Source: Thermodesulfobacteriota bacterium
Lineage (GTDB): Bacteria > Desulfobacterota_D > UBA1144 > Nemesobacterales > Nemesobacteraceae
NCBI GenBank assembly: GCA_965232155.1
Contig: OZ246948.1
Span: 21,698-85,697, forward strand
DNA: 64,000 nucleotides
Direction: 5' to 3'
Below the pieces are notes generated by a model. The model ran no database searches. It saw only the letters and a program-made list of their open reading frames with translations, and was not told the origin of the DNA. This document shows, in pieces, positions 10,130 to 22,818 of the stretch (positions are counted from its first letter, which is position 1; the number at the start of each line of letters is the position of its first letter). The translations under genes and the position numbers were made by a program.

Positions 10130-10522
10130 TCAGATCACCGTGCAGAGAATCTCCCCGCCTATGCTCTTGCTCCTTGCAGCAACCCCCGTCATTATTCCGC
10201 TTGAAGTGGAGAGTATCGAGATTCCCATTCCGCCTCTGACCCTTGGAATATCATCCTTGCCCACGTAAACCCTTCTTGATGGCTTGCTTACTCTCTTTAT
10301 CTCGTCTATGGCCGCCTTGCCGTCAGGACCGTATTTCAGCCTGATGGTTATGTTTTTCTTTACCCCTTCTTCGCTAATTCTATAACTCTCCACATAACCT
10401 TCCTCGGCAAGAACCCTGGCGATCTCGCCTTTTATAATCGAACCGGGAATCTCGACATGGTCGTGACCCGCCATGAAGGCGTTCCTTATTCTGGTTAACA
10501 TATCTGCAATCGGATCCGTCAT
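10130..10522 (-). CDS. rpsH: 30S ribosomal protein S8
   Basis: Canonical MTDPIADMLTRIRNA start. The longer ORF to 10618 would overlap rpsZ. Confidence 0.9.
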   Translation of the reverse strand: MTDPIADMLTRIRNAFMAGHDHVEIPGSIIKGEIARVLAEEGYVESYRISEEGVKKNITIRLKYGPDGKAAIDEIKRVSKPSRRVYVGKDDIPRVRGGMGISILSTSSGIMTGVAARSKSIGGEILCTVI

Positions 10523-10541
10523 TTTTTCTCCAACATGTTCC

Positions 10542-10727
10542 TTAAAAACTCGCTTTTCTGACGCCCGGAAGATGTCCCTTGCTGGCAAGATCCCTAAAAC
10601 AGACCCTGCAGAGACCAAATTTTCTCATAAAGCCTCTCGGTCTTCCGCAAAGTACGCAACGGTTAACCGCACGCACGCGAAACTTCGGCTTTCTCTTCGA
10701 TTTCTCAAGCAATGCTTTTCTGGTCAT
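10542..10727 (-). CDS. rpsZ: 30S ribosomal protein S14, type Z (zinc-binding)
   Basis: 61 aa with C-x2-C...C-x2-C. Confidence 0.95.
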   Translation of the reverse strand: MTRKALLEKSKRKPKFRVRAVNRCVLCGRPRGFMRKFGLCRVCFRDLASKGHLPGVRKASF

Positions 10728-10739
10728 AGCTCCTCTCTT

Positions 10740-11294
10740 TTAATTTTCCGCAAACGGCACTCCAAGACCGGCAAGAAGCTCCATGGCCTCAGCATCGGTT
10801 TTTGAAGTGGTAATCAGGCTAATATTCATTCCCTTGTTGTACTGAACCTTGCTGTAATCTATTTCAGGAAAAACCAGATGCTCCCTTATTCCCAGAGTGT
10901 AGTTGCCGGAACCGTCAAAAGCCCGCGGCGGAAGACCTTTAAAATCTCTGACCCTTGGAAGGGCGAGATTCACCAAACGGTCGAAGAACTCATACATTCT
11001 CTCCCCCCGGAGCGTAACCATGCAGCCTATCGGCTGGTCTTCCCTGAGTTTGAAACCCGCAACTGACTTCCGCGCCTTGGTAATCACAGGTTTTTGTCCT
11101 GTTATGTCCGCAAGTTCCGAGACGGCCTCATCTATTACCTTTGTCTGCCTCCCGGCTTCACTAAGCCTCCCAAGCCCCATGTTCACTACGATTTTCTCAA
11201 GCTTCGGAACCTGCATAGTGTTTCCGTAGGAAAACTTTTCAATCAGTGCGGGTATGACCTCGCTCGTATACAGAGTCTTTATTCTCGGGACCAT
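10740..11294 (-). CDS. rplE: 50S ribosomal protein L5
   Basis: 184-aa L5 signature. Confidence 0.95.
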   Translation of the reverse strand: MVPRIKTLYTSEVIPALIEKFSYGNTMQVPKLEKIVVNMGLGRLSEAGRQTKVIDEAVSELADITGQKPVITKARKSVAGFKLREDQPIGCMVTLRGERMYEFFDRLVNLALPRVRDFKGLPPRAFDGSGNYTLGIREHLVFPEIDYSKVQYNKGMNISLITTSKTDAEAMELLAGLGVPFAEN

Positions 11295-11298
11295 TTTC

Positions 11299-11634
11299 TC
11301 AGATTTCCTTTCCAGTCCTTCTGTTGTACCTTACCTTCTTGCCGTCCTCGCCGGTTCTATACCCAACTTTTACCGGCCGATTGCTCTCAGAATCGTAGAG
11401 CATCAGATTCGAGACATGGATTCCGGCCTCTTTCTCGATGATGCCACCGGCGGGGTTCTTCTGCGTCGGACGGCTGTGTCTCTTTATGTTATTGAGTTTT
11501 TCCACAAAAGCCTTTTCGACGTTTCTGTCAATTCTCAGCACCTTGCCGGTCTTTCCTTTCTCCTTGCCCGCAACCACGTAGACCGTATCCCCGGCCTTTA
11601 TGTGAAATTTTCTTTTTCCAGCGGACATGTTCAA
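11299..11634 (-). CDS. rplX: 50S ribosomal protein L24
   Basis: KOW motif ...[18 protein letters not shown]. Confidence 0.95.
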   Translation of the reverse strand: MNMSAGKRKFHIKAGDTVYVVAGKEKGKTGKVLRIDRNVEKAFVEKLNNIKRHSRPTQKNPAGGIIEKEAGIHVSNLMLYDSESNRPVKVGYRTGEDGKKVRYNRRTGKEI

Positions 11635-11999
11635 ACAACCTCCGGAGCAAGCGAGATAATTTTCATAAAGCCCTTGAGCCTCAGCTCGCGCGCGATCGGT
11701 CCGAAGACCCTCGTGCCTATCGGTTCATTTTCCTTGTCTATTATGACAGCGGCATTGTTATCAAAGCGCACATATGTGCCATCCGGCCTTCTCTGTTCCT
11801 TCCTCACCCTGACTATCACGGCTTTGTACACAGAACCTTTCTCCACCTTGGACTTCGGAATGGCCTGCTTGACCGAAACCACAATAACATCCCCCAGTCG
11901 CGCATATTTTCTTCCGGAACCTCCCAAGACCTTTATGCAGAAAAGCCTTTTGGCCCCCGTGTTATCCGCCGAGTCCAGATATGTGCTTGACTGAATCAT
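11631..11999 (-). CDS. rplN: 50S ribosomal protein L14
   Basis: [17 protein letters not shown]... Confidence 0.95.
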   Translation of the reverse strand: MIQSSTYLDSADNTGAKRLFCIKVLGGSGRKYARLGDVIVVSVKQAIPKSKVEKGSVYKAVIVRVRKEQRRPDGTYVRFDNNAAVIIDKENEPIGTRVFGPIARELRLKGFMKIISLAPEVV

Positions 12000-12037
12000 T
12001 TTTTTCTCCCGTAGGCCGAAGAATCAAAAACCACGCC

Positions 12038-12298
12038 CTACGCACTTGCGGCCTGACTGACCACTTTGCCCAGCCTCCACCTCTTGGTTTTACTGTGGGG
12101 CCTTGACTCTATTATTGTGACCTTGTCTCCTATGTTGCACTCGTTGCGCTCATCATGGACCTTAAATCGCTTGCTGATTCTTATTTGCTTTTTATACCGA
12201 CCGTGACTTTTGATCCGCTGTACTTCCACGACCGCGGTCTTGTCCATCTTGTTACCTACCACAATCCCCGTTCTGCTCTTTAACTTTCCTCTTTCCAT
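12038..12298 (-). CDS. rpsQ: 30S ribosomal protein S17
   Basis: 86-aa S17 OB fold. Confidence 0.95.
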   Translation of the reverse strand: MERGKLKSRTGIVVGNKMDKTAVVEVQRIKSHGRYKKQIRISKRFKVHDERNECNIGDKVTIIESRPHSKTKRWRLGKVVSQAASA

Positions 12299-12302
12299 GG
12301 AA

Positions 12303-12509
12303 TTAACTCTCCGAAGCCGTATCCCGCTGCTTTTTTATGGTAAGTATCCTCGCAATCTCCTTTCTCAACTGCTTTATCCTCGAATTGTTGGGGTTCTGTC
12401 CAGTGGCAACCTGTATTCTGACATTGAAAAGCTCTTCGTTGGCGTCACGATGCCGTTTGTTCAGTTCCTCGGGCGTGAGGTTTCTTAGTTCTTCCGCATT
12501 CGTCGCCAT
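12303..12509 (-). CDS. rpmC: 50S ribosomal protein L29
   Basis: 68 aa. Confidence 0.9.
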   Translation of the reverse strand: MATNAEELRNLTPEELNKRHRDANEELFNVRIQVATGQNPNNSRIKQLRKEIARILTIKKQRDTASES

Positions 12510-12928
12510 CAGACAGACTCCTCGCTTCTGGTCACTATTCTGGTTTTAAGAGGAAGCTTGTAGGAAGCAAGCCTTAGGGCCGAGCGTGCAAGTTCTTCGC
12601 TTACTCCTGATATTTCGTAAAGAAACTGTCCTCTTTTTACCGGCGCCACGTACCTGTCCACATCCCCCTTGCCCTTTCCCATCCTGGTCTCCGCAGGCTT
12701 CTTGGTAACGGGTTTATAGGGAAATATCCTTATCCAGAGGTTCGCTCCCCTTCTCACGTGTCTTGTGATCGCAATACGGGCGGCCTCTATCTGCCTTGAT
12801 GTAATCGTCCCGTTTTCCAATGTCTGAAGCGCAAGGTCGCCGAAGGCGAACGTCGTTCCCCGGGTCGCCGCTCCTCTGTTTCTTCCCTTAAACTGCTTTC
12901 TGTACTTTGTCTTTTTAGGCTGAAGCAT
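12509..12928 (-). CDS. rplP: 50S ribosomal protein L16
   Basis: [16 protein letters not shown]... Confidence 0.95.
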   Translation of the reverse strand: MLQPKKTKYRKQFKGRNRGAATRGTTFAFGDLALQTLENGTITSRQIEAARIAITRHVRRGANLWIRIFPYKPVTKKPAETRMGKGKGDVDRYVAPVKRGQFLYEISGVSEELARSALRLASYKLPLKTRIVTRSEESV

Positions 12929-13628
12929 CGGTATCTACACTCTCAGGAACCTCGCCTGCTCTCCCTTTAGCCTTTTTCTGTATTATCTCGCCTTTGAATA
13001 TCCAGACCTTTACGCCTATCACTCCGTAGGTAGTTGACGCTTCGGCAACTCCGTAGTCAAGGTCCGCACGGAGCGTACCGAGAGGCACTCTTCCCTCCCT
13101 GTACCACTCCCTTCTCGCTATTTCGGCTCCGCCTAGACGCCCGGCGACCATGACCTTTATTCCCAGAACTCCGGCTCTTATGGAGGATGAAAGCACCCTT
13201 TTCATGGCCCTTCTGTATGCAACCCTTCTTTCAAGCTGAAGGGCAAGGTTCTCAGCAACAAGCTGCGCATCGGTTTCGGGTCTCTTTACTTCCCTTATGT
13301 CAAGAAATATGCCTTTTCCGGTCATCTGCTGAAGTTTTTTCTTCAGCTGCTCTATCTCCTGACCCTTTCTTCCTATTATGATCCCGGGTCTTGCCGCGTA
13401 CACCAGAATCCTGACCTTGTCCGCAGCGGCCCTTTCAATCTCAATGTTCGAGATGGCCGCCTGATAAAAGGTCTTCTTCACATAGTTACGGATGTCTATA
13501 TCCTCTTTAAGCAGGGACCTGTACATCTGTTTCTCGGCAAACCACTTGGAGTCCCACGACTTGGTTATCCCAATACGAAGTCCTATAGGATTAATTTTCT
13601 GTCCCAATTCAGAATCCCCTCTGTTCAA
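12915..13628 (-). CDS. rpsC: 30S ribosomal protein S3. The true start may be TTG at the LGQKINPIG position, about 13607.
   Basis: KH domain followed by the S3 C-terminal domain. Confidence 0.9.
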   Translation of the reverse strand: MNRGDSELGQKINPIGLRIGITKSWDSKWFAEKQMYRSLLKEDIDIRNYVKKTFYQAAISNIEIERAAADKVRILVYAARPGIIIGRKGQEIEQLKKKLQQMTGKGIFLDIREVKRPETDAQLVAENLALQLERRVAYRRAMKRVLSSSIRAGVLGIKVMVAGRLGGAEIARREWYREGRVPLGTLRADLDYGVAEASTTYGVIGVKVWIFKGEIIQKKAKGRAGEVPESVDTDASA

Positions 13629-13947
13629 GTACTATCGTTATATGACTCATCCTGGTTTTACGGGCAAAGGCCCTTCCCATCGCCCTGGCCCTAAAACGCT
13701 TAAGTGTCGGACCCTGCGTCGCGTAGACTTCCTTTACGTAAAGGGAGTCAATATCGCTGTATCCTTTCTCAGAGGCGTTGGCCACAGCTGATTTAAGCAG
13801 CTTAGAGAGCAGCGGCGAAACCCTCCTGCGGGCGGAAAGCAGAATCGAGGAAGCCTCCTCTACGCTCTTTCCCCTTATGAGGTCAAGAACCACCCTGGCC
13901 TTCTTCGGCGACACCCTGGCATACTTATGTACTGCTTTAGAAACCAT
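13609..13947 (-). CDS. rplV: 50S ribosomal protein L22
   Basis: 112 aa. Confidence 0.95.
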   Translation of the reverse strand: MVSKAVHKYARVSPKKARVVLDLIRGKSVEEASSILLSARRRVSPLLSKLLKSAVANASEKGYSDIDSLYVKEVYATQGPTLKRFRARAMGRAFARKTRMSHITIVLEQRGF

Positions 13948-13969
13948 CCGTTATCTCTCTTTGTTATTG

Positions 13970-14248
13970 CTATCTTTTCCTGGCTTTCCTATCACCCGCG
14001 TGACCATGATAGGTTCTCGTGGGAGAAAACTCACCCAGCTTATGTCCAACCATCTGTTCGGACACGAACACGGGAATAAACCTCGTTCCGTTGTGAACCG
14101 CGAAAGTCATTCCTATCATCTCAGGTATTACCATTGAGGCCCTTGACCAGGTCCTGATGATTTTCTGACTCCCGGAACTCTGTGCCTGCTCAACTTTTTT
14201 CATAAGCTTTTCGTGCACGTACAGTCCCTTTTTGCTTGATCTTGCCAT
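13970..14248 (-). CDS. rpsS: 30S ribosomal protein S19
   Basis: 92 aa. Confidence 0.95.
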   Translation of the reverse strand: MARSSKKGLYVHEKLMKKVEQAQSSGSQKIIRTWSRASMVIPEMIGMTFAVHNGTRFIPVFVSEQMVGHKLGEFSPTRTYHGHAGDRKARKR

Positions 14249-14263
14249 CTGAAGCTCCCGCGA

Positions 14264-15106
14264 TTAATCCATTCCGTAGCCAACCCTTCTCGGCTTAACT
14301 ATATATTTGTCCATTCTCTTGTTGTTTCTCGTTTTCTTTCCTATCGTAATCCATCCCCAAGGGGAAACAGGATGAGGGTTTCCCTTGGTCGCCTTGCCCT
14401 CTCCTCCGCCATGTGGATGATCAACTGGATTCATCGCCACACCGCGAACCGTGGGTCTTATACCCTTGTGACGGGATCTCCCCGCCTTCCCCCAGACTAT
14501 AAGCTCGTTCTCGGCGTTTCCGATCCTTCCCACAGTAGCCATGCACCGAAGATGAATCAGCCTTATCTCGCCAGAAGCGAGTTTTATCTGGGCGTAGTTA
14601 CCGTCTTTTGCGACGATTTGCGCTGCCGAGCCTGCGGAACGAACCAGTTTTCCTCCGCCTCCAGGCCTCATTTCTATGTTGTGAATAACCGTACCCACGG
14701 GAATATGTTCTATGGGAAGAGCGTTTCCGTTTGAAACTTCCACCCCGGGTCCGGAATTCAGTTCATCACCCACTTTAAGGCCGGCGGGGGCTATAATATA
14801 TCTCTTTTCACCGTCAGCATAGGACAGAAGAGCGATTCTGGCCGAGCGATACGGATCATATTCCAGTGAGACGACTCTGGCGGGTATGCCGTGCTTGTCC
14901 CTTTTGAAATCTATTATTCTGTAGCGTCTCTTGTGACCGCCGCCTTTTCTGAAACTGGTAATCCTTCCATTCGAATTGCGTCCTGAGTTCTTTTTAAGAG
15001 AAACCGTAAGGGACTTGTGGGGCTTTTTTGAGGTTATCTCCTCAAAATCAAACCCGGACATGAACCTCCTTCCCGGAGATGTGGGATTGTATTTTTTTAC
15101 TCCCAT
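14264..15106 (-). CDS. rplB: 50S ribosomal protein L2
   Basis: 280 aa; ...[13 protein letters not shown]... Confidence 0.95.
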   Translation of the reverse strand: MGVKKYNPTSPGRRFMSGFDFEEITSKKPHKSLTVSLKKNSGRNSNGRITSFRKGGGHKRRYRIIDFKRDKHGIPARVVSLEYDPYRSARIALLSYADGEKRYIIAPAGLKVGDELNSGPGVEVSNGNALPIEHIPVGTVIHNIEMRPGGGGKLVRSAGSAAQIVAKDGNYAQIKLASGEIRLIHLRCMATVGRIGNAENELIVWGKAGRSRHKGIRPTVRGVAMNPVDHPHGGGEGKATKGNPHPVSPWGWITIGKKTRNNKRMDKYIVKPRRVGYGMD

Positions 15107-15108
15107 GA

Positions 15109-15396
15109 TCAGACTCCCTCAAACAGGTTGATTTCTCCTTCTCTGAGCTTGACGTAAGCCTTTTTAACCGCTGACCTTTTTCCTACAACCCTGCCGAATC
15201 TTTTCACTCTTTTTCCGGGAAGCACAAGGGTTCTCACCTTGTCCACCTTGACGCCGAAAATTTTCTCGATGGAATCCTGTATCTCTTTTTTGTTGCATCT
15301 TCTGTCAACGGAAAAAACATACCAGCCGTCTTCCCTGGCTTCTGTGCTTTTCTCGGTAATCACAGGAAGTTTTATAATCGAACGGGGATCTTTCAT
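15109..15396 (-). CDS. rplW: 50S ribosomal protein L23
   Basis: 95 aa. Confidence 0.9.
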   Translation of the reverse strand: MKDPRSIIKLPVITEKSTEAREDGWYVFSVDRRCNKKEIQDSIEKIFGVKVDKVRTLVLPGKRVKRFGRVVGKRSAVKKAYVKLREGEINLFEGV

Positions 15397-16013
15397 GACA
15401 GTCTCTCTTGGATTTTTTCAACCGAATCCCGCACCATGACTATATTCTTGTGCCTGAGAAGATCGTATACGTTAAGCCCGTCATCGCTGAGCACCTTTAC
15501 GTCAGGTATGTTCCTTGCCGACTTGCGGAGATTCTCGTTATCCGAACTGATAACCACAAGAGCTTGGGAAAATTCAAAATCCTTCATGAATTTCGCCACC
15601 TGCTTGGTCTTTATCTCCGGGAGCTCAAAACTGTCGAGCACAACTATGGCACCCTCGCCGAAACGGCTTGAGAGAGCGGAAACAAGCGCCCCTTTTCTCA
15701 CCTTTTTCGGAATCGAGTAAGACCAGTCTTTCGGTCTCGGTCCAAAAACCACTCCTCCCTTGCGCCAGATCGGCGAACGCCTGGATCCCGCCCTTGCGCG
15801 ACCCGTGTGTTTCTGTTTCCACGGCTTTGCTCCGCCGCCGCGGACTTCACCTCTTGTCTTGGTGGACGAGGTTCCGGCCCTTTTCTTGGCAAGCTGCCAG
15901 TTGACTACTCCATGGAGCAGATGTTTTTTCACCGGAGCTTCAAATATTTCGGAGCTAAGTTCCATTGTCCCCACTTTTTTCCGGGCGATGTCATAAACGT
16001 CAACTTGAAGCAT
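15393..16013 (-). CDS. rplD: 50S ribosomal protein L4
   Basis: 206 aa. Confidence 0.95.
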   Translation of the reverse strand: MLQVDVYDIARKKVGTMELSSEIFEAPVKKHLLHGVVNWQLAKKRAGTSSTKTRGEVRGGGAKPWKQKHTGRARAGSRRSPIWRKGGVVFGPRPKDWSYSIPKKVRKGALVSALSSRFGEGAIVVLDSFELPEIKTKQVAKFMKDFEFSQALVVISSDNENLRKSARNIPDVKVLSDDGLNVYDLLRHKNIVMVRDSVEKIQERLS

Positions 16014-16644
16014 CTTTCGCCCCCTTTGACGTGTGCCGTAGAAAAACCGTTCCTCCCACCGGGCCAGGAACCGACCCCTTTACGAAAAGAAGATTTTTCT
16101 CAATATCTATATCAACCACCTTGACGCCCTGAACCGTCACATTCTTTCCACCCATTCGCCCCGGCATTTTCAACCCTTTCCACACCTTGGCCGGAGATGA
16201 TGCCTGTCCTATGGAACCGGGTCTTCTGTGGGCCATGCCGCCGTGGGACATTGGCTGCCTTGCAAAGTTGTAACGTTTTATGGTCCCGGCGAATCCCTTT
16301 CCCTTGCTTTTAGCCGTGACGTCCAGAACATCTCCAACCTTGAAGATGTCAACCTTTACCTCATCCCCAACATCGTAATCATCAACCGCGGCGGAAAATT
16401 CTTTAAGCTTCGCGGCAGGATTCACTCCGGCCTTTGCGAAATGTCCCTTCATGGGGCCAGTGAGCCGCTGGGGTTTTACATTCCCAAAACCGAGCTGAAC
16501 GGCGTCGTAGCCGTCTGAGTCCTTGGTTTTCTTCGAAACCACGAAGCACGGGCCCGCTTCAACTACGGTAGTGACGACCTTAACCATGTCCTCGTTGAAG
16601 AACTCGGTCATCCCTCTTTTTCTTCCTATAAGTCCCTGAATCAT
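16000..16644 (-). CDS. rplC: 50S ribosomal protein L3
   Basis: 214 aa. Confidence 0.95.
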   Translation of the reverse strand: MIQGLIGRKRGMTEFFNEDMVKVVTTVVEAGPCFVVSKKTKDSDGYDAVQLGFGNVKPQRLTGPMKGHFAKAGVNPAAKLKEFSAAVDDYDVGDEVKVDIFKVGDVLDVTAKSKGKGFAGTIKRYNFARQPMSHGGMAHRRPGSIGQASSPAKVWKGLKMPGRMGGKNVTVQGVKVVDIDIEKNLLFVKGSVPGPVGGTVFLRHTSKGAKDASS

Positions 16645-16647
16645 TTT

Positions 16648-16971
16648 TTACGAACCCGTTAGTTTTATCTCCACTTCCACACCCGAAGCAAGATTCAGTT
16701 TCATAAGCTCATCTATTGTCTGCTGGGTGGGTTCAAGTATGTCTACAAGCCTTTTGTGCGTTCTTATTTCGAAATGCTCTCTTGAATTCTTGTTCACGTG
16801 AGGGCCGCGCAGCACGCAGTACCTGTTTATACTGGTGGGAAGCGGAACCGGACCCGCTATTCTCGCACCGGTTCTCTTGGCAGTATCAACAATTTCCTCA
16901 GTTGAATTATCAAGAAGCCTGTAATCAAAAGATTTAAGCTTGATTCTTATTTTCGAAGCTTTACTCATCAC
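16648..16971 (-). CDS. rpsJ: 30S ribosomal protein S10
   Basis: [15 protein letters not shown]. Its start overlaps the tuf stop by 4 nt. Confidence 0.95.
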   Translation of the reverse strand: MMSKASKIRIKLKSFDYRLLDNSTEEIVDTAKRTGARIAGPVPLPTSINRYCVLRGPHVNKNSREHFEIRTHKRLVDILEPTQQTIDELMKLNLASGVEVEIKLTGS

Positions 16972-18152
16972 TCAATGATTTCGGTTACTACACCTGCACC
17001 AACCGTTCTCCCACCCTCTCTTATCGCAAAACGTAACTGCTCTTCCATCGCCACCGGCGCTATTAACTCAACTTCCATCCCCACATTGTCCCCTGGCATT
17101 ACCATCTCCACTCCCTCCGGCAATATCACAGACCCCGTCACATCCGTTGTCCTTAAATAAAACTGCGGCCGGTACCCAGGGAAAAACGGTGTGTGCCTTC
17201 CCCCCTCCTCCTTCTTTAACACATACACCTCTGCCTTGAACTTCCTGTGCGGCTTTATGCTCCCGGGAGCACTCAATACCTGCCCCCTCTCTACCGCATC
17301 CTTGTCTATCCCCCTTAGCAACACTCCCACATTGTCCCCCGCCTGCGCATCGTCAAGTATCTTCCTGAACATCTCCAAACTAGTCGCCACCGTACTGGTA
17401 GTATCCTTAAACCCCACTATCTCTATCTCATTCCCCGCCACTATCCTTCCCCTCTCCACTCTCCCCGTTACCACCGTACCCCTCCCCGATATAGTGAACA
17501 CATCCTCTATCGCCATCAAAAACGGCTTGTCCATATCCCTCTCAGGCTCAGGTACATAACTGTCTATCTGACTCATTAACTCAACTACCTGCTCTGCTGC
17601 TCCCCCGTCCCCCTCTATCGCCTTTAGCGCGCTTACCTTTACCACAGGTATATCATCCCCAGGAAACCCGTACTCGCTTAGAAGCTCCCTTATCTCTAGC
17701 TCTACCAGCTCAAGCAACTCCTCGTCATCAAGCATGTCTACCTTGTTAAGAGCCACAACTATGTACGGCACACCTACCTGCCTAGCTAGCAGTATGTGCT
17801 CCCTTGTCTGAGGCATAGGACCGTCTGGTGCGCTTACCACCAGCACCGCTCCGTCCATCTGCGCTGCTCCGGTTATCATGTTCTTTACGTAGTCAGCATG
17901 CCCGGGACAGTCTACGTGTGCGTAGTGGCGTCCGTCTGTTTCATACTCCACGTGCGCTATGTTTATCGTTATCCCCCTCTCCCTTTCTTCTGGCGCCTTG
18001 TCTATGTTGTCAAACTCCACATACTCAGCCTGACCCCTCTTTGACAGTATGTTCGTTATCGCCGCAGTTAACGTTGTCTTCCCGTGATCCACGTGACCTA
18101 TCGTCCCTATGTTTAAATGCGGCTTCCCCCTCTCAAACTTAGCCTTAGACAT
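16968..18152 (-). CDS. tuf: Elongation factor Tu
   Basis: 394 aa; [22 protein letters not shown]. Confidence 0.97.
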   Translation of the reverse strand: MSKAKFERGKPHLNIGTIGHVDHGKTTLTAAITNILSKRGQAEYVEFDNIDKAPEERERGITINIAHVEYETDGRHYAHVDCPGHADYVKNMITGAAQMDGAVLVVSAPDGPMPQTREHILLARQVGVPYIVVALNKVDMLDDEELLELVELEIRELLSEYGFPGDDIPVVKVSALKAIEGDGGAAEQVVELMSQIDSYVPEPERDMDKPFLMAIEDVFTISGRGTVVTGRVERGRIVAGNEIEIVGFKDTTSTVATSLEMFRKILDDAQAGDNVGVLLRGIDKDAVERGQVLSAPGSIKPHRKFKAEVYVLKKEEGGRHTPFFPGYRPQFYLRTTDVTGSVILPEGVEMVMPGDNVGMEVELIAPVAMEEQLRFAIREGGRTVGAGVVTEIIE

Positions 18153-18190
18153 CTCTTGGTGACCTCCTTGTTAAAAAGAACATAAAAATA

Positions 18191-20299
18191 TCAGCTGACA
18201 TTGGCTATCTCTTTTAACTCTTCGGCTATGTTGGCAGGCAAGGCAAAGTAGTGGGAGAATTCCATAGTGAACAACCCCCTACCTTCGGTCATTGACCTTA
18301 AATGGGTCGCGTAGCCGAACATTTCGCCAAGCGGAACTTCCGCCTTTACCGCCTGCATAGCACCTCTCATTTCCGTACTGCTTACTCTTCCGCGCCTTGA
18401 ACTCAGATCACCTATGACGGTTCCCATGTGAGCTTCGGGAACAACCACCTCAAGCTTCATCACGGGCTCAAGGACAACCGGAGAAGATTTATGAACCGCC
18501 TCCTTAAACGCCATGGAACCGGCGATCTTAAAGGCGATCTCCGAGGAATCGACATCGTGAAAAGAACCGTCGTAAAGAGTGACCGCCACGTCGACGACCG
18601 GGTACCCGGATACAATCCCGGTCTCCATGGCCTCGACTATTCCCTTCTCAACCGCGGGAATAAACTCCTTGGGAATCACCCCTCCCTTTATCTGATCGTG
18701 GAACTGAAATCCTTCCCCCCTCTCAAGAGGCTCCACCCTTATCTTCACGTGTCCGTACTGACCGCGCCCGCCGGTCTGCCTTATGTATTTCCCTTCGGTT
18801 TGAGAGGTGGAGGTTATCGTCTCCCTGTAAGCGACCTGCGGCTTCCCTACGTTCGCATCGACATTGAATTCTCTTCTAAGCCTGTCGACGATTATCTCAA
18901 GGTGAAGCTCCCCCATGCCGGAAATTACCGTCTGACGGGTTTCCTCATCGGTTTTCACCTTGAAGGAAGGGTCCTCCATGGCAAGCTTGTTAAGCGAAAG
19001 ACCAAGCCTTTCCTGGTCGGCGTTTGACTTAGGTTCTATGGCAATCGAAATGACGGGGTCCGAAATATGAAGACTCTCAAGTATCACGGGCTTTGAATCC
19101 GAGCACAGTGTATCGCCCGTAAGGGTGTTCTTAAGCCCGACCGCGGCCGCTATGCCGCCGGCCTCAACTTCTTTTATGTCCTCGCGCTTTTCCGCGTGCA
19201 TGCGGAGAAGTCTTCCGATTTTTTCGTTTTTAAGATTGGATGAATTATAAACTGTGGTGCCTGATTTAAGTTTCCCGGAATAAACCCGGAGGTATGTAAG
19301 CTGGCCGACGAACGGGTCCGACATGATCTTAAACGCAAGAGCGGAGAAGGGTTCTTCTTTGTCGGGTTTTCTCTCGACTTCCTCATCGGTTTTGGGATGA
19401 ATGCCTTTTACCGGGGGCAGATCCACGGGAGCGGGCATGTATTCCACAACGGCATCAAGCAGGAGCTGCACTCCCTTGTTCTTAAAAGCCGACCCCAGCA
19501 TAACCGGCACTATGGTCGCGTCGATCGTCTGTCGCCTTATGGATTTGCGGATCATCTCTTCGGGGATATCCTCTCCGTCGAGATAAAGCTCCATTATCTC
19601 CTCATCGTTATCCGCAAGAGCTTCTATAAGCTTCTCCCTGTATTCGGCCGCCTGCTCCTCCGTATTCTCGGGAATATCTATGAATTCAAACTTTGCCCCG
19701 AGGCTCTCCCCGTCCCAGACCGCCATCTTCATCCTTATAAGGTCAACTATTCCGGTGAAGTCATCACCGTCAAACCAGGGAATCTGAAGACACACGGGAT
19801 TGGCGCTAAGCCTCTCAACTATCTGGTCCACGACCTTGTAGAAATCCGCTCCGACCCTGTCCATCTTGTTCACAAAACACATTCTTGGAACAGAGTAACG
19901 GTCGGCCTGCCCCCAAACCGTCTCGGTCTGAGGTTCGACTCCTCCGACGCAGTCAAACACGACCACCGCTCCGTCAAGCACCTTGAGCGATCTTTCAACC
20001 TCTATGGTGAAATCAACGTGGCCGGGAGTATCTATGATGTTTATCCTGCAGTCCTTCCAGAAGCATGTAGTGGTAGCGGAGGTAATGGTGATGCCCCTTT
20101 CGCGCTCCTGCTCCATCCAGTCCATGGTAGCCGCGCCTTCATGCACCTCGCCTATCTTGTAGGTTATACCCGTGTAGAACAGTATCCTTTCAGTAGTGGT
20201 GGTCTTTCCAGCATCTATGTGAGCAACGATTCCGATGTTTCTCACCCTGTCTATGGGGAATATCTGTTCTGACACGTTGATCCTCCGGGGAATTACCAC
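18191..20299 (-). CDS. fusA: Elongation factor G
   Basis: 702 aa; [15 protein letters not shown]. Confidence 0.97.
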   Translation of the reverse strand: MVIPRRINVSEQIFPIDRVRNIGIVAHIDAGKTTTTERILFYTGITYKIGEVHEGAATMDWMEQERERGITITSATTTCFWKDCRINIIDTPGHVDFTIEVERSLKVLDGAVVVFDCVGGVEPQTETVWGQADRYSVPRMCFVNKMDRVGADFYKVVDQIVERLSANPVCLQIPWFDGDDFTGIVDLIRMKMAVWDGESLGAKFEFIDIPENTEEQAAEYREKLIEALADNDEEIMELYLDGEDIPEEMIRKSIRRQTIDATIVPVMLGSAFKNKGVQLLLDAVVEYMPAPVDLPPVKGIHPKTDEEVERKPDKEEPFSALAFKIMSDPFVGQLTYLRVYSGKLKSGTTVYNSSNLKNEKIGRLLRMHAEKREDIKEVEAGGIAAAVGLKNTLTGDTLCSDSKPVILESLHISDPVISIAIEPKSNADQERLGLSLNKLAMEDPSFKVKTDEETRQTVISGMGELHLEIIVDRLRREFNVDANVGKPQVAYRETITSTSQTEGKYIRQTGGRGQYGHVKIRVEPLERGEGFQFHDQIKGGVIPKEFIPAVEKGIVEAMETGIVSGYPVVDVAVTLYDGSFHDVDSSEIAFKIAGSMAFKEAVHKSSPVVLEPVMKLEVVVPEAHMGTVIGDLSSRRGRVSSTEMRGAMQAVKAEVPLGEMFGYATHLRSMTEGRGLFTMEFSHYFALPANIAEELKEIANVS

Positions 20300-20763
20300 C
20301 TATAGTGGGCAAAGGCTCTGTTGGCCTCGGCCATTCTGTGAATATCCTCTTTCTTCTTCACGGCGCTGCCCCTGTTGTTATGGGCATCAATTATTTCGGA
20401 AGAAAGCTTGTCCACCATCGATTTTTCTGATCTTGAGCGGGAGGAATTTATGAGCCATCTGATCCCGAGGGACTGCCTTCTGAAAGAACTCACTTCCATG
20501 GGAACCTGGTAGTTGGCTCCGCCGACGCGCCTTGACCTTACCTCGACCGAGGGCCTTACCTTGTCAAGAGCATCGTGAAAGACTTCAAGCGGGTCTTTTC
20601 CGGTTTTCTCTCTTATCCTGTCAAGAGAATCGTAGAAGATCTTTTCCGCCTTGCTCTTCTTGCCGTCGTACATCAGGCTGTTTATAAACTTGGCGACTAC
20701 CGGATCTCCAGTTCTCGAATCCGGAGCCAGTTTTCTTCTTGCTACCCTACCTTTTCTCGGCAT
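20293..20763 (-). CDS. rpsG: 30S ribosomal protein S7
   Basis: 156 aa. Confidence 0.95.
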   Translation of the reverse strand: MPRKGRVARRKLAPDSRTGDPVVAKFINSLMYDGKKSKAEKIFYDSLDRIREKTGKDPLEVFHDALDKVRPSVEVRSRRVGGANYQVPMEVSSFRRQSLGIRWLINSSRSRSEKSMVDKLSSEIIDAHNNRGSAVKKKEDIHRMAEANRAFAHYRW

Positions 20764-20780
20764 CTGCTGCTTCCCGCCCG

Positions 20781-21152
20781 CTACTTAGGCTTCTTGGCTC
20801 CGTACTTGGATCTCCCGTTTCTTCTGTTCTCAACTCCAGTTGAGTCAAGAGTTCCCCTGACTATGTGGTATCTCACCCCTGGAAGATCTTTCACCCTGCC
20901 CCCCCTGACGAGCACAACGGAGTGCTCCTGCAGCGTGTGTCCTTCTCCGGGTATGTACCCTGTGACCTCTATGCCGTTTGTAAGTCTTATTCTAGCGACC
21001 TTCCTAAGCGCAGAGTTAGGCTTCTTTGGAGTGGTGGTGTAAACCCTCACGCAAACCCCTCTTCGCTGGGGGCATCTCTGAAGAGCTCTGGCCTTGCTTT
21101 TCTTCTTAACCGTCTCTCTTCCTTTGCTAAGCAACTGGCTTATTGTAGGCAT
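20781..21152 (-). CDS. rpsL: 30S ribosomal protein S12
   Basis: MPTISQL...[11 protein letters not shown]... Confidence 0.97.
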   Translation of the reverse strand: MPTISQLLSKGRETVKKKSKARALQRCPQRRGVCVRVYTTTPKKPNSALRKVARIRLTNGIEVTGYIPGEGHTLQEHSVVLVRGGRVKDLPGVRYHIVRGTLDSTGVENRRNGRSKYGAKKPK

Positions 21153-21188
21153 AAAAGTATCCCTTCCCCAAATTTGGGTAATCCGATC

Positions 21189-21218
21189 ATTATAAGCTTA
21201 ATAACGGACGGATGTCAA
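21189..21218 (-). promoter_or_regulatory. Near-consensus sigma70 promoter for the str/S10/spc/alpha super-operon
   Basis: On the minus strand, TTGACA is followed by 17-18 nt and then TATAAT. It lies 35-65 nt upstream of the rpsL ATG, with a GGGGAAGGG Shine-Dalgarno. Confidence 0.55.
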
Positions 21219-21478
21219 ATAGGAAAACGGAAAAAAACCGCTAAACCCCAAATCAAGGGAAGGACTATACTACAGAAAGAAAACAGGTTTTCAATAGAGC
21301 CACGCACATGTCAGGATTTCGGTTAATTCTTGCCGGAAAATTTCCGTATTTCTGCCTGCCGGAAGTGACTATTTCGCTCTATGAGCTTTGCCCTTTTTTC
21401 GCTTGACAATATATAAGGAAGTGTAACAGGGTTGCGGGAACATCTGTGAAATCTTGGCAACTCGGAACCTTGGTCAGC

Positions 21479-22759
<1,281 letters not shown>

Positions 22760-22818
22760 TTGAAACCTCTTATAAAATTAGACGTAAGAATATCATTTTG
22801 CCCGGCAAAAGTGCGATA

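Noticed and set aside
11254-11994. Long plus-strand ORFs antisense to the ribosomal cluster, efG/tuf and other conserved genes. Examples are 5149-5820, 8158-8592, 11254-11994, 19397-20272, 40459-40896 and 62006-62578.
   Set aside because: They overlap strongly conserved genes on the opposite strand, have no recognisable motifs, and have odd composition. They are treated as spurious.
21331-21350. CGGAAAATTTCCG as a terminator hairpin for purD
   Set aside because: The stem is only 5-6 bp with a 1-3 nt loop and no U-run. It is better explained as the repeated motif reported in the findings.
21402-21430. Plus-strand TTGACA-N17 promoter-like element in the purD-rpsL spacer
   Set aside because: It has a poor -10 and no plus-strand gene downstream. 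The real promoter is the minus-strand consensus element at 21189-21218.
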